Below are positions 17,713-27,136 of a DNA stretch of 64,000 nucleotides, piece after piece. Origin of the DNA: a virus; the IMG/VR virus record IMGVR_UViG_3300025572_000008, positions 16,606 to 80,605 of that record. The stretch is one strand, 5' to 3'. Within the stretch, counting starts at the first letter, position 1; every line of letters starts with the position of its first letter. The notes beneath the pieces were generated by a model. The model did no database searches and had not been told where the DNA came from. It saw only the letters and a program-made list of their open reading frames with translations. Position numbers and translations under genes: made by a program.

Positions 17713-19545
17713 ATGTCCACTGATAAGATCACAACTCCGGGTGCTCTTCTGCTTAAGCACTCTATGCCGACTGAAGCGGCAAAACAGAATTTCAATCTCT
17801 ATCGCCCTCTGGACAAAGGAGGGATGTCGGACCTCGTTCAAATGCTGCTAAAGCATGGAGGTCCGAATGCGCATGAGCACATCAACAACCTGGCCAAGCT
17901 CTTCTTCAACAAGGCTACTGAAATCGGAGCTTCGACGCCTCTGTCCGACTACATCAACGAAAGCGACGAACGCCAGGCACTCATCAATGAGTTCGATTTC
18001 AAGGCTCAGAAGATCCTGAACGACCCGAATAAGTCTCGAGCAGAGAAACAGCGTGAGCTAGGTGAACTCGTCTCTCAATACGACAAGAGGATCGAAAAGC
18101 AGAACGTCGAATATCTCGTCAGCAAAGGTTCGATGGCGGCGAAGATGGCCCGTACCGGCGCTCGAGGCAACCCGAAGCAACTGGCCGTGGGTACGTCGAC
18201 GCCCCTGTTGTCATCCAATCTGAAGGGGGAACTCGTCCCCGTCGTGATCAAGAAGAGCTTTGCCGAAGGCATGAGCCCGGCCGAGCACATCGCCATGTCC
18301 TACATGGGCCGCGGCAACACCGTGTTGACTCAGCTATCCACGGCCCTTCCTGGGGCCTTGTTCAAACAGCTGTCCCCGACCGTCTTCCATGAAACCATCA
18401 CAATCGATGATTGCAAGACCAAGAACGGAATCATGGTCCCGATCGAGGACAAGAAGAGGCTTGTTGGCAGCTACACCGCGGACACGAACCGTCTTATCGA
18501 CGAAGCCTACTACAAGGAACTGAAGGCTTCAGGAGCCACAGCCGTCAAGGTTCGCAGCGTGATGACCTGCGAGGCTCCTCAGGGCGTCTGCAAGCATTGC
18601 TACGGTCTAATGGGTAGCGGCAAGAAGCCGGAAATCGGGGAGAACGTCGGCGTCATCGCCGCTCAATCTGTATCCGAGGTTCTGACCCAAGCCATGCTGT
18701 CGACCAAGCACAAGGCTACGGTTGGCGAGCGCAAGGGGAACGCTTATGAGCAGGCGTCCAATCTTCTGAGAAACCCGGCCGATAACTTCAAGGACGAGGC
18801 GACGATCGCTGAAATCAACGGTCGGATTACTGACATCAAGAAAACCCCTCTAGGTGACTACCAGGTCTTCGTCAACGAGAAGGGTCACTTCGTACCGCAA
18901 ACTCAGGGTTTGAAGGTGAACATTGGTGACAAGGTTCGCAAAGGCGATCCTCTGTCGACCGGAGTGATCAATCCTCGCAAGCTCGTTGCGCTCAAAGGTC
19001 TTGGGGCTGGAAGGCAATACATGTCTCAAGAGCTTCGAGGGATCTATGGCGGAGGGCTGGATCCTCGCCACTTCGAAGTGATTTCAAAGAACCTCATGAA
19101 ATACGTCGAAGTCATCGATCCAGGTCATACCGGCTTCCTTCCCGGGGATAAGGTCGACGTCAATGCTGTGGCGAAATATCTCAAGAAGAGCAGCCGAGAA
19201 GTTCCGATCGATCAAGCCGAAGGCCATATCCTATCTCACGGTGTGCATGAGCTTACGCCAGGCACCCTGCTCGATGCTAACCATATCGAAGATCTGAAGA
19301 GGGTTGGCGTCAAGACCGTGAAGGTTTCTGATAACGGCTTGAAGGTAGCTCCGATTGTGCCGGGCCTGCAGACGGCGAAGCTCTTGGATCCGAACTGGAT
19401 TTCCAAGCTGTCATTCTCTCGACTGAAGGATACGCTTCAAGAAAGCGCGGCGCTCGGGGCCGAATCTCCGGAACACAGCACGGATCCCATCGCGCCTTAT
19501 ATCATCGGTCGTGAGTTCGGCGAAGGCGAGCACGGTCAATACTGA
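17713..19545 (+). CDS. rpoC: RNA polymerase beta' C-terminal fragment
   Basis: MARTGARGN, bridge helix SFAEGMSPAEH...STALPGAL, Zn site CEAPQGVCKHCYG, trigger loop GVIAAQSVSEVLTQAMLSTKH; start moved to MSTDKIT. Confidence 0.93.
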   Translation: MSTDKITTPGALLLKHSMPTEAAKQNFNLYRPLDKGGMSDLVQMLLKHGGPNAHEHINNLAKLFFNKATEIGASTPLSDYINESDERQALINEFDFKAQKILNDPNKSRAEKQRELGELVSQYDKRIEKQNVEYLVSKGSMAAKMARTGARGNPKQLAVGTSTPLLSSNLKGELVPVVIKKSFAEGMSPAEHIAMSYMGRGNTVLTQLSTALPGALFKQLSPTVFHETITIDDCKTKNGIMVPIEDKKRLVGSYTADTNRLIDEAYYKELKASGATAVKVRSVMTCEAPQGVCKHCYGLMGSGKKPEIGENVGVIAAQSVSEVLTQAMLSTKHKATVGERKGNAYEQASNLLRNPADNFKDEATIAEINGRITDIKKTPLGDYQVFVNEKGHFVPQTQGLKVNIGDKVRKGDPLSTGVINPRKLVALKGLGAGRQYMSQELRGIYGGGLDPRHFEVISKNLMKYVEVIDPGHTGFLPGDKVDVNAVAKYLKKSSREVPIDQAEGHILSHGVHELTPGTLLDANHIEDLKRVGVKTVKVSDNGLKVAPIVPGLQTAKLLDPNWISKLSFSRLKDTLQESAALGAESPEHSTDPIAPYIIGREFGEGEHGQY

Positions 19546-19547
19546 TC

Positions 19548-20363
19548 ATGGCAACTTACGGAAAAACGACGTCCAGTCGGCAGACGGCCTCGGTTGCCTT
19601 CAAGCAGTCGCTTCGCCAGATCATCGATAATTGCATCCGGACCTACTTCTCCGGAACGTTGGGCAGAGAGCCGGACATCGTCAACATCGTTATGTCCTTG
19701 ATCTATTTGGAGAGCTCGTTTCGCCCGGATGCGATAGGCCCGGCTATTCCATTGTCAGCCAGCTCTTCGGCCAGAGACTATTGGAATTCCAGTGCTATTG
19801 CCAGCATCCTGAAGTCCGCAACACCGCAGCAACGAGCCAACATTGAACAAGGACTCAGGGCGTGGGGCCTCATGCAGTGCATGGGTTGGAACGTCGTTCG
19901 CGGTGCATCTAAGGCCGGCGGAGGGAAGCAGGAGATCGAACGTCATCGTCCCGACCTGGCTCCTAGGCTAACTGTGGCTCCAGGAGAAAGCATTGAAGCT
20001 AAGTATTACGGGGAGGCGAACGTTGAAAATCAGATCCTTGCCGGATTGGTTATCCTGGAGAGCAAATACAAAGCCGTTCGACCGTCAGGTAATGGTTTCA
20101 GAATCGGACGACTGACATTCAGCACCAAGATGCCGGCCGCGGTTGCTGCCTATCTGGGTTTAGGTGCCAGGGACGTCCGAACAGGTATTACCCCCGAGCA
20201 ATACGCTAATAGCATCTGTTACGGCCGTGCCTACGAGATAGCAAACAACGGGGCGTCTCCTACTGGCTATGTTCCAACGGCTAATCCGACGCCATCTCAA
20301 TCTACTAAAGGACCGTCCAGAACAGCTGCTTCCGGACACAATCAGGTCACGGTTGGCTGCTAG
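19548..20363 (+). CDS. lytic transglycosylase / lysozyme-like protein
   Basis: LIYLESSFRPDA (catalytic Glu) and WGLMQ motifs. Confidence 0.75.
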   Translation: MATYGKTTSSRQTASVAFKQSLRQIIDNCIRTYFSGTLGREPDIVNIVMSLIYLESSFRPDAIGPAIPLSASSSARDYWNSSAIASILKSATPQQRANIEQGLRAWGLMQCMGWNVVRGASKAGGGKQEIERHRPDLAPRLTVAPGESIEAKYYGEANVENQILAGLVILESKYKAVRPSGNGFRIGRLTFSTKMPAAVAAYLGLGARDVRTGITPEQYANSICYGRAYEIANNGASPTGYVPTANPTPSQSTKGPSRTAASGHNQVTVGC

Positions 20364-20392
20364 GTCTGGAAAGGGTTTCCGGCTCGGCACGT

Positions 20393-20400
20393 TAAAATAG
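20393..20400 (+). promoter_or_regulatory. putative late promoter motif TAAAATAG
   Basis: 33 nt before ATG 20434. Confidence 0.6.
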
Positions 20401-20433
20401 CAGCATATCTCTATATACTTTGAGGACTAATTC

Positions 20434-22284
20434 ATGGAGTTTTCTGATATCGCCTTGGCCAAGCTGCTACAGACGGTGCCTGAGCTCGGATCTTTAATTA
20501 TCAATTTCCAAGATGTGACAGAAGAGCTCGAAGAGGATAGCGGCACAAAGGTTGGCGTATTCGTTCTAAGGTCGGGCGGCGACATTTTCTACATTCCCGT
20601 TGTTTCGAAAAACGACAACGTCTACCCGATCGACTCCATCTTCTTCTCGTCCAAGAACAGGTTCTTCCCTTTGACGAAGAAGACCGTCGCTCTCGTCATT
20701 GCTTCCAGCCAGCTCGAGCAGGGCAGACCGAACAAGATTCCGGACAGCGTGGTTACCAACCCGTCTGTCTATCAACTCATCAACCCACCTCGCACTGGCA
20801 AGTATGTCTATGCCAGCTCGAGCCGTCTGATCGACTTTCTGGCGGTTCTGCCTGATTACGTCAAGAAGGCAACGTTTGAGAAGCTCGCTGCGGAGAAGTC
20901 AGTCTACGACAATCTCGATAAGCTCTTCGGTCTAAAGGCCATCTTCGACGTCCTCAAACCTCAGCCTCAAAGTCTTGCGGCCGAGACAAATGCCGTCCCG
21001 ATTTCGGTTGTGACCGATGCCAATCCGACCTTAGATCCGGAAGGTATCTCTAACATTTTGAATGCCGGATACCACGTCGTCGGCGAACAGCCAGGTCGTC
21101 GTGTTGCGGTAACCATGCAGAACTACAACACTCGGGGACTCTTCCGGGAAATCACCAACCTCGACGGAGATCGGGACTACACTATCGTTATGGAAAACGG
21201 GACGAGTCGAGACGCATTCATTCCTAAGATGAACAAGCTGGCTCCGTCCGGAAATCGGTCTCTCGCCCTGTTCACTAACGGTGACTATGCCTTGTGCGAA
21301 CGATTCATCGCTCAGGGCGAAGATCTCGATCGCAAGGAGGTTCTTGATCGACTGTTCGACTATCGCCCTCCGGTTCTGCTGAGGGATTGCGCCAATGGAG
21401 ACACGATCCTCCTGTCGCTGGCCGATGGTACGTTCCTGGGCCCCTTCAAAGTCAGCCGCGTCACTCTCAATGCCTACGGCGTGGATGTGTCCATAAGCGA
21501 CTACGGCACGTCAAACTTCACTCGAATTCTCGGCTACCGCAACTTCGGGAAGATTGCGGAAGGGGCAGGCGCTACTCTGTATGTTCCGTATAACTGCGTC
21601 GTTCTGAAGCTCGGCGACAACATCTCCTTCGAATGTGAAGATCACCTGAACTGCGCTGTCACCAAACGGGAATTGGCGGCCGTTCAGTACCTTGGAGCTG
21701 AGCTCAATCTCGGTTACGACGGTGTCGAGTTTACGGTGAACGGAAAGCCTGTCGGTCAAGAGCCGAAGGTGATGGAGATCCTCGTTGTCAGGGAGGGAAT
21801 CGATCCTGTCGCAGCGGAGAACTTCGTCAAGGAAGCTAAGGCCACCAAGTTCACTCGAATCTATCTGAGCAAGCAGGCATCGAGCACGGACTACAATCCG
21901 GCTGAAGTTCCTCAATACGGCATTCTGCCGGAGCACAACGACGACGTCGCTCCTAACGGTGCGTTCTTGTCTCACATCCAGAAGTCGATGGAGCTTGGCG
22001 ACGCTCAGGTCACTGAGGCTACGATCATCTCCGAGCTTCTGCAGGTACCGAACATGCACGAGCAAATTCAGGAGTACCTGCCCAGCATCGAAGAAGCAAT
22101 CGATAAGCTCGGCCGTATCATGTTCATGGCTCGAGTTCATATCGATCAACTGTCTCGCAACAGCGACGCCGACTCTACCTTTGCATTCCTGGCTAGCATG
22201 AAGAGCGTGTATCGCTTGCTTGGCGACAACTACCTTAAGCTGCAAGAGATGGCTGCTTCGGCCTCGACCATCGATACCGAATAG
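20434..22284 (+). CDS. hypothetical head-associated protein
   Basis: 616 aa; late motif; several K-x-A sites (KKA, KLA, KEA, KQA). Confidence 0.6.
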   Translation: MEFSDIALAKLLQTVPELGSLIINFQDVTEELEEDSGTKVGVFVLRSGGDIFYIPVVSKNDNVYPIDSIFFSSKNRFFPLTKKTVALVIASSQLEQGRPNKIPDSVVTNPSVYQLINPPRTGKYVYASSSRLIDFLAVLPDYVKKATFEKLAAEKSVYDNLDKLFGLKAIFDVLKPQPQSLAAETNAVPISVVTDANPTLDPEGISNILNAGYHVVGEQPGRRVAVTMQNYNTRGLFREITNLDGDRDYTIVMENGTSRDAFIPKMNKLAPSGNRSLALFTNGDYALCERFIAQGEDLDRKEVLDRLFDYRPPVLLRDCANGDTILLSLADGTFLGPFKVSRVTLNAYGVDVSISDYGTSNFTRILGYRNFGKIAEGAGATLYVPYNCVVLKLGDNISFECEDHLNCAVTKRELAAVQYLGAELNLGYDGVEFTVNGKPVGQEPKVMEILVVREGIDPVAAENFVKEAKATKFTRIYLSKQASSTDYNPAEVPQYGILPEHNDDVAPNGAFLSHIQKSMELGDAQVTEATIISELLQVPNMHEQIQEYLPSIEEAIDKLGRIMFMARVHIDQLSRNSDADSTFAFLASMKSVYRLLGDNYLKLQEMAASASTIDTE

Positions 22285-22298
22285 TCATAACGACATAA

Positions 22299-23036
22299 AT
22301 GCGTGTTAATGCCAGGGCCTTACTTATCAAGAATAACACCCTCGGCGCTGATCCTCTCGTAGACACAATTCTGTCCGCAGACGATAGTGCCGAGAAGGCT
22401 CTGTATGCCAAAGCCTTGGAGCTCAACAAGAGCGCTCTGAAGCGTCGGTATATAGAAGCCTGTCTTCTGGCCAGCAGCGATTTTCAACGTATCTCCGACA
22501 TTCTCGAAATCCCCGCCGACGTCATCCAGATGTATGCAGCGGTGTTTTATGACGTCGCTGATCTAGACAAACTCAGCAAGCTCGAACTGCTCGATGTCAA
22601 GGATCGAGATGAACACATGATGAAACTCTGGGCACTCAGCCAGGGCTTGGATTTCATTGAATGGCGTCTCGGGAAAGCCGTCAACATCAGTCCGATCGAC
22701 GGTTTAAAAGAGCTCTTCACGATGTCCGTCTTCAAGGCCAAGGAGAGCCTGTTTTCTGGGAACTCGTCGGAGTCCAGCAAAGAGGGTGTCAAATGGTCGA
22801 AGATGTCAATGGACATCGCTCGCCTGCTCAAGGTCTGGGTCATGGATTCTGACGCGGCCAAGAAAGATATCGAATTGGCTCTGGCCGAAGTCGTACCTGA
22901 ATTCGGTAGTTATGCCGATTTGAACCGAGAAGAAGAAAGCCTTTTGGATGAGGCTCCGGAAGCTTCTGAAACAACGGAAATCCCAGAGTTCAAGGGATAT
23001 ACCGATCTGAACCAGGATAACTCGGCCGAGAAGTAA
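22299..23036 (+). CDS. hypothetical protein
   Basis: 245 aa helical ORF with an acidic tail, in the late operon. Confidence 0.7.
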   Translation: MRVNARALLIKNNTLGADPLVDTILSADDSAEKALYAKALELNKSALKRRYIEACLLASSDFQRISDILEIPADVIQMYAAVFYDVADLDKLSKLELLDVKDRDEHMMKLWALSQGLDFIEWRLGKAVNISPIDGLKELFTMSVFKAKESLFSGNSSESSKEGVKWSKMSMDIARLLKVWVMDSDAAKKDIELALAEVVPEFGSYADLNREEESLLDEAPEASETTEIPEFKGYTDLNQDNSAEK

Positions 23037-23053
23037 GAATCTCGGCTCGAGGC

Positions 23054-23061
23054 TAAAATAG
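23054..23061 (+). promoter_or_regulatory. putative late promoter motif TAAAATAG
   Basis: Same 13-mer as at 1773. Confidence 0.6.
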
Positions 23062-23094
23062 AGCAGTAAACGCTGCCGTTAATCGAGAACAAAT

Positions 23095-24234
23095 ATGACC
23101 CAGATCACCTCGGAACAGCTTCGTGACATTTCCGTCACTGTCGTAGAGCAGTTCCTGAACAACAAAATCCCACTCAGCCTCGGATTGGCTAAGCAAGCCG
23201 CCGCGGCGCAGCTCAACTCCGATCAGATCAAGCGAGCGGTCGAAGCGACTAATACGATTGCCTATCTGAAGGTGCTCAGCATGTCCGACGATCGCACCGT
23301 TGAATTTCCTCTGGCTAAGTACGCCGAAGTCATGCGCCTGGTGACGGTCCCGGATGATGTCGAAAAGCAGGCTGGCTGGCACGAGGAGCAGACCGTGACA
23401 ACGGCCATGCGTCCTGCTGCCACCGCTGATGCAGATCCTTACACCAACCAGGTTCTTACTGGGGTCGAGAAGGAGATTGTCGACGAAGAAAAGCGTCTCC
23501 GGGAAGAACAGGAGAAGATGGCGTACTTCATCAAGGAAGCGGCCATGAACCGCCAGGCCCTGGAAGATCTCGAAGCCCAGAAACTCGTAATCAACGATCG
23601 TCTCGTCAAACTGGCCAAGGTTGTGGCCGACGACGAGAAGGGCATGGACAAGCTCGCTTCGGTCGTAGACGGAGAGGAGTACGCCCAGCTGTCCGTCCTC
23701 GTGACGGGCGAGTTGAAGCCTCATCGTGACTTCGGTGGCCATGCACTCTTCAAGGAAGCCGAACTTAAGGACGTCAACGCTCTCGCCGGGCTGTTCAAAG
23801 AAGCCAAGCGCATTGTTGCCGAGGCTGCGAGACGATCGGCGCTTCAGAAGAGAGCCGAGGAAGTGTCACAGGAACTGACCAAGGAAGCGTTTATCGGCTC
23901 TCTTGCCAGCGGAGCAGGGAAGATTCTTGGGAAGGCAATGGTTGCTCCCTTCAAGGCCGTAGCTAAAGTTCCCGCCCGCATGGCCGGCCGCTCGATTCAC
24001 AACACCTTCGGACCCGGCGTCACCAAGGTTCAGAACATGGCTGGCTCTGTGAAATCCAAAGTGACTGGCAAGCCTTTTACCCCGAAGACATTCACTGCGG
24101 CTAAGGGTCTAGGACTCGGTACGGCTCTCTATGGAGCCGGTTCGGTTGCCATGGATGCTGCCATGTACGACCCAGGTCGGGACGCTAAGACCGGTCGTTC
24201 AAACGACGTGTGGTCTGCGCTTCAGCGCGACTAG
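23095..24234 (+). CDS. putative internal head protein (K-x-A rich, Gly-rich C-terminus)
   Basis: 379 aa; KQA, KLA, KEA and KRA sites; coiled-coil middle. Confidence 0.6.
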   Translation: MTQITSEQLRDISVTVVEQFLNNKIPLSLGLAKQAAAAQLNSDQIKRAVEATNTIAYLKVLSMSDDRTVEFPLAKYAEVMRLVTVPDDVEKQAGWHEEQTVTTAMRPAATADADPYTNQVLTGVEKEIVDEEKRLREEQEKMAYFIKEAAMNRQALEDLEAQKLVINDRLVKLAKVVADDEKGMDKLASVVDGEEYAQLSVLVTGELKPHRDFGGHALFKEAELKDVNALAGLFKEAKRIVAEAARRSALQKRAEEVSQELTKEAFIGSLASGAGKILGKAMVAPFKAVAKVPARMAGRSIHNTFGPGVTKVQNMAGSVKSKVTGKPFTPKTFTAAKGLGLGTALYGAGSVAMDAAMYDPGRDAKTGRSNDVWSALQRD

Positions 24235-24246
24235 GAGCAGGTACGC

Positions 24247-25065
24247 ATGAACAAGTACCTGGAGAAAATCGCGGAGAAGGGGGAAGAGCCTAAGCGTAAG
24301 AACCCCGGCACGGAGTTTGGAAAGGCGTACGGTGCGCTCATAGCAGGAGGTGTCGGAAAGGTTCCGGTTGCACTCCTATCGAATTACACTAGCCGTAAAA
24401 TTAGGGCCACTATCAATGATACGGGCGTGTCGGATCACGGTACGATCAAGAAGTTCATGCGAGACAACAATCTGCACAAGAACGTCACGTTCAACACCCG
24501 AGAGCATATGAAACGCAGGGAAAAGCTGGACCCCCGTTCGGCCAACACTGTTTCACACTCCAACGTTCGTGGTGCGCCGGGATATATCTACAATCCCTCC
24601 GGGGGCCGAGGATTCATAGCCGGAGTGAAAAAGCCAGGTCTCGGCTCGAGAAAGACCGTCAACAAAGACATCATCATGCACGAGCTGGGACACGCCAAAG
24701 ATCTCCAGACCCATGCCAAGCTAAAGCGTGTCGGTACGATGATCGGCCGACATCCTCGATCGCACGGTGTGTTTGAACTGGCAACCGTCGGAGCTCTGTC
24801 CAACGAGAAAACCAGAGACTACGCCCCTGCCGTAGCAGCCATTCCAGGTGCCCTTGTTCTCCGGGAAGAAGGTGCAGCGAACTATCACGCCTACAAAGGC
24901 ATCAAGGCGCACAAGGGCGGAAAGGCGGCGAACCAGTTCCTGAAGAAGGTCGTGTCGAAAAACATGGCGAGCTATGGCCTGGCCGCCGCCGCGCCGGTCG
25001 CAGCGGCCTATGTCGGTAAGAAGGTCATGGACAAGTGGTCGCCGAGAAAGACGGAGAAAAAATAA
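24247..25065 (+). CDS. NKYLEKIA-tagged protein with zincin (HExxH) domain
   Basis: Starts MNKYLEKIA; IIMHELGHAKD plus downstream EEGAANY. Confidence 0.65.
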   Translation: MNKYLEKIAEKGEEPKRKNPGTEFGKAYGALIAGGVGKVPVALLSNYTSRKIRATINDTGVSDHGTIKKFMRDNNLHKNVTFNTREHMKRREKLDPRSANTVSHSNVRGAPGYIYNPSGGRGFIAGVKKPGLGSRKTVNKDIIMHELGHAKDLQTHAKLKRVGTMIGRHPRSHGVFELATVGALSNEKTRDYAPAVAAIPGALVLREEGAANYHAYKGIKAHKGGKAANQFLKKVVSKNMASYGLAAAAPVAAAYVGKKVMDKWSPRKTEKK

Positions 25066-25068
25066 GCG

Positions 25069-25833
25069 ATGCCGACGATCTCTGCTCAAAAGGTGCGAGG
25101 GTTTCTAGGCAGCCCCAGAACTTATCCTCGAAGTGGCCTCGGGTTTGGCATCGGAGGCGGTGCAATTTCGGCGGCAAAACCAAATATGCCGAATACAACA
25201 AATAGGATCAGCGTGAAGGGAACGACGGGAAAGCTTCGTCCGGTCTCTCACGAAACTGCAATACAGAAGGTAAAAGCCGATTTTCAGACGAAGTCGGCAG
25301 ATTTTAAAGGAACAGGAATGCTTGAAAAGATCAAACAGCTGGCTTTGGAAAAGTGCGCCGGCGACGAGGAGAAGGCGCTTGAATTTCTCGAAGGGTTTTA
25401 CGAAGAGCTGCTAACCAAGAGCGCAGCCTTCGGTTTCAATGTATCCGATCTGGCTGGTGAGTTCACCAAGGGAATTGGAAAGGGTTTGGCTGGTGTCACC
25501 CTGGGTCTCGGCGTTTCTGGTTTGGCTACGGCTGCCAAGAGCATTGCGAACAGCAAGATGCATAACCAGTTTGTCGAAGCACTGCGTCGAGCCATCTCGA
25601 TGAACCCGATCTTGCGTCAGGCCAAGCAAGAGAAGGTCATGAACTACGCTGAGACGATCTTCAAGTTCGCTCCTCACGTCGCCACTGATGCCAATCTGCT
25701 ATCATCGATTCTGGCCAACGCTGTTCACGGTGAAGGTATCGACCCTCAGACGATCAGGACCCTGACGGAACTCGAATCCCGCTACGCTCAAACTTCGTCG
25801 GCGTCTTCGTTTTCTCCTAAAGCCTATGTCTAA
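25069..25833 (+). CDS. putative internal head protein
   Basis: 254 aa; TKSA/EKCA sites and a Gly-zipper segment. Confidence 0.6.
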   Translation: MPTISAQKVRGFLGSPRTYPRSGLGFGIGGGAISAAKPNMPNTTNRISVKGTTGKLRPVSHETAIQKVKADFQTKSADFKGTGMLEKIKQLALEKCAGDEEKALEFLEGFYEELLTKSAAFGFNVSDLAGEFTKGIGKGLAGVTLGLGVSGLATAAKSIANSKMHNQFVEALRRAISMNPILRQAKQEKVMNYAETIFKFAPHVATDANLLSSILANAVHGEGIDPQTIRTLTELESRYAQTSSASSFSPKAYV

Positions 25834-27136
25834 CAAATACCTTGAGAAGGTAGCTGATCTGCGACAGTACGGCCGAATGGCCCGAGAAGCGGTCAATGCC
25901 GGTCGGCGGAATCCTATGACCACGGCCTTTGGAGCAGGCGGGGCATTGGACGGTGCGCTGAGCACAACTCGTCAGGGAGACGAGGGAAATTTTCGTCTCG
26001 GCTTGAGAGGAGTAAGGAACACCATAGTCGGTGCTGCCAAAGGTGCGGCGGCCGGCAAGGCGCTCGAGCTCAGCTATCAGCATCTCAAACGCAAGGCCTT
26101 GGCGGACGCAAATCCGTTTCTCGATAAAGCGGCAAGCTTGGCCGGTGTTGGAAAGCATCTGGCCAAGACGTGGAAGGAGACTCCGTTTTCCGCAAAGGCC
26201 TCTCTCGGAATCAGCGCGACGGGCCTAGGCGTCAGCGCGGCCAATTACAAAACCAATAAGGACAACCGAGATCGTGCCGCGCTGCAAGCAGAGCTGGACC
26301 GAAAGGCCCTTGCTGCGCTTCGAGGCATCCATCGAGAACTGAAGGCTCAAGGCCAGGAGAAACGGGCTGAGGATGAGAAGGCCTATTATGGCGAGGCGGC
26401 GGGGGCGGCCGGCGTCTACTCCGGTCTCAAGATCACGAAGAATCAGTTCGATCGCGGCCATCTGACCGGCCGTGAAACACTCTACCACGGCTCGACCGCG
26501 GAGAACATCGCCAACATCAAGAGGCAGGGCTTGAAGCCCAACCGTTCCGATAAGGGTGTCTCCGGAGTCGTTGGTCTCGGCGAGAAGAACAAGAATCTGG
26601 TGTTCGCGGAGAAGCGGAAGTTTCACGCCCAGAACTACGCCGCGCAGCAGGAAGCCATCTCTGCCGGGAAGGTCAAGAACCAGGCCGACCTGATCCGGGA
26701 GCAGAGGAAGGCGCTCGGAAAGGCGATGAAGCGCCATCTGACCGGTCAGAACAAGTACGTCGCAAAAATCAATTTGCCGACCTGGCGTCAGGAATATCGA
26801 GGCGTGACGAACCCCGAGGTCAAGACGATGTTCCGGAAGATGGAGGGCAACCTCTTCTACAAAATCCAGCCTAAGAGCGTGCAGAAGGCGCAGAAGAATA
26901 TGATCTACAAGAACTTCCAGACGAACGTTCACGTCCAGCGGGGCGAGCACGGGATCGGCACGGAGTACATCAAAGGATCGAAGAACTACCGACGCAACTC
27001 GGCCCGGGAGATCGGTGAGTACATCGCTCACAACAAGGGCCGGTTTGCGAAAGGGCTCGGTAGGGCGGTAGGCGGCCTGGGTATGGCCGCAGCCGGAGCA
27101 GCCCTGTTCAATCACTCACGCAAGAATAATGCTTAA
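25826..27136 (+). CDS. NKYLEKVA-tagged polyprotein with ADP-ribosyltransferase-like domain
   Basis: Starts MSNKYLEKVA; Gly-zipper segments; TLYHGSTAENIANIKRQGLKP...LVF pattern of HGT-type ART folds. Confidence 0.55.
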   Translation: MSNKYLEKVADLRQYGRMAREAVNAGRRNPMTTAFGAGGALDGALSTTRQGDEGNFRLGLRGVRNTIVGAAKGAAAGKALELSYQHLKRKALADANPFLDKAASLAGVGKHLAKTWKETPFSAKASLGISATGLGVSAANYKTNKDNRDRAALQAELDRKALAALRGIHRELKAQGQEKRAEDEKAYYGEAAGAAGVYSGLKITKNQFDRGHLTGRETLYHGSTAENIANIKRQGLKPNRSDKGVSGVVGLGEKNKNLVFAEKRKFHAQNYAAQQEAISAGKVKNQADLIREQRKALGKAMKRHLTGQNKYVAKINLPTWRQEYRGVTNPEVKTMFRKMEGNLFYKIQPKSVQKAQKNMIYKNFQTNVHVQRGEHGIGTEYIKGSKNYRRNSAREIGEYIAHNKGRFAKGLGRAVGGLGMAAAGAALFNHSRKNNA

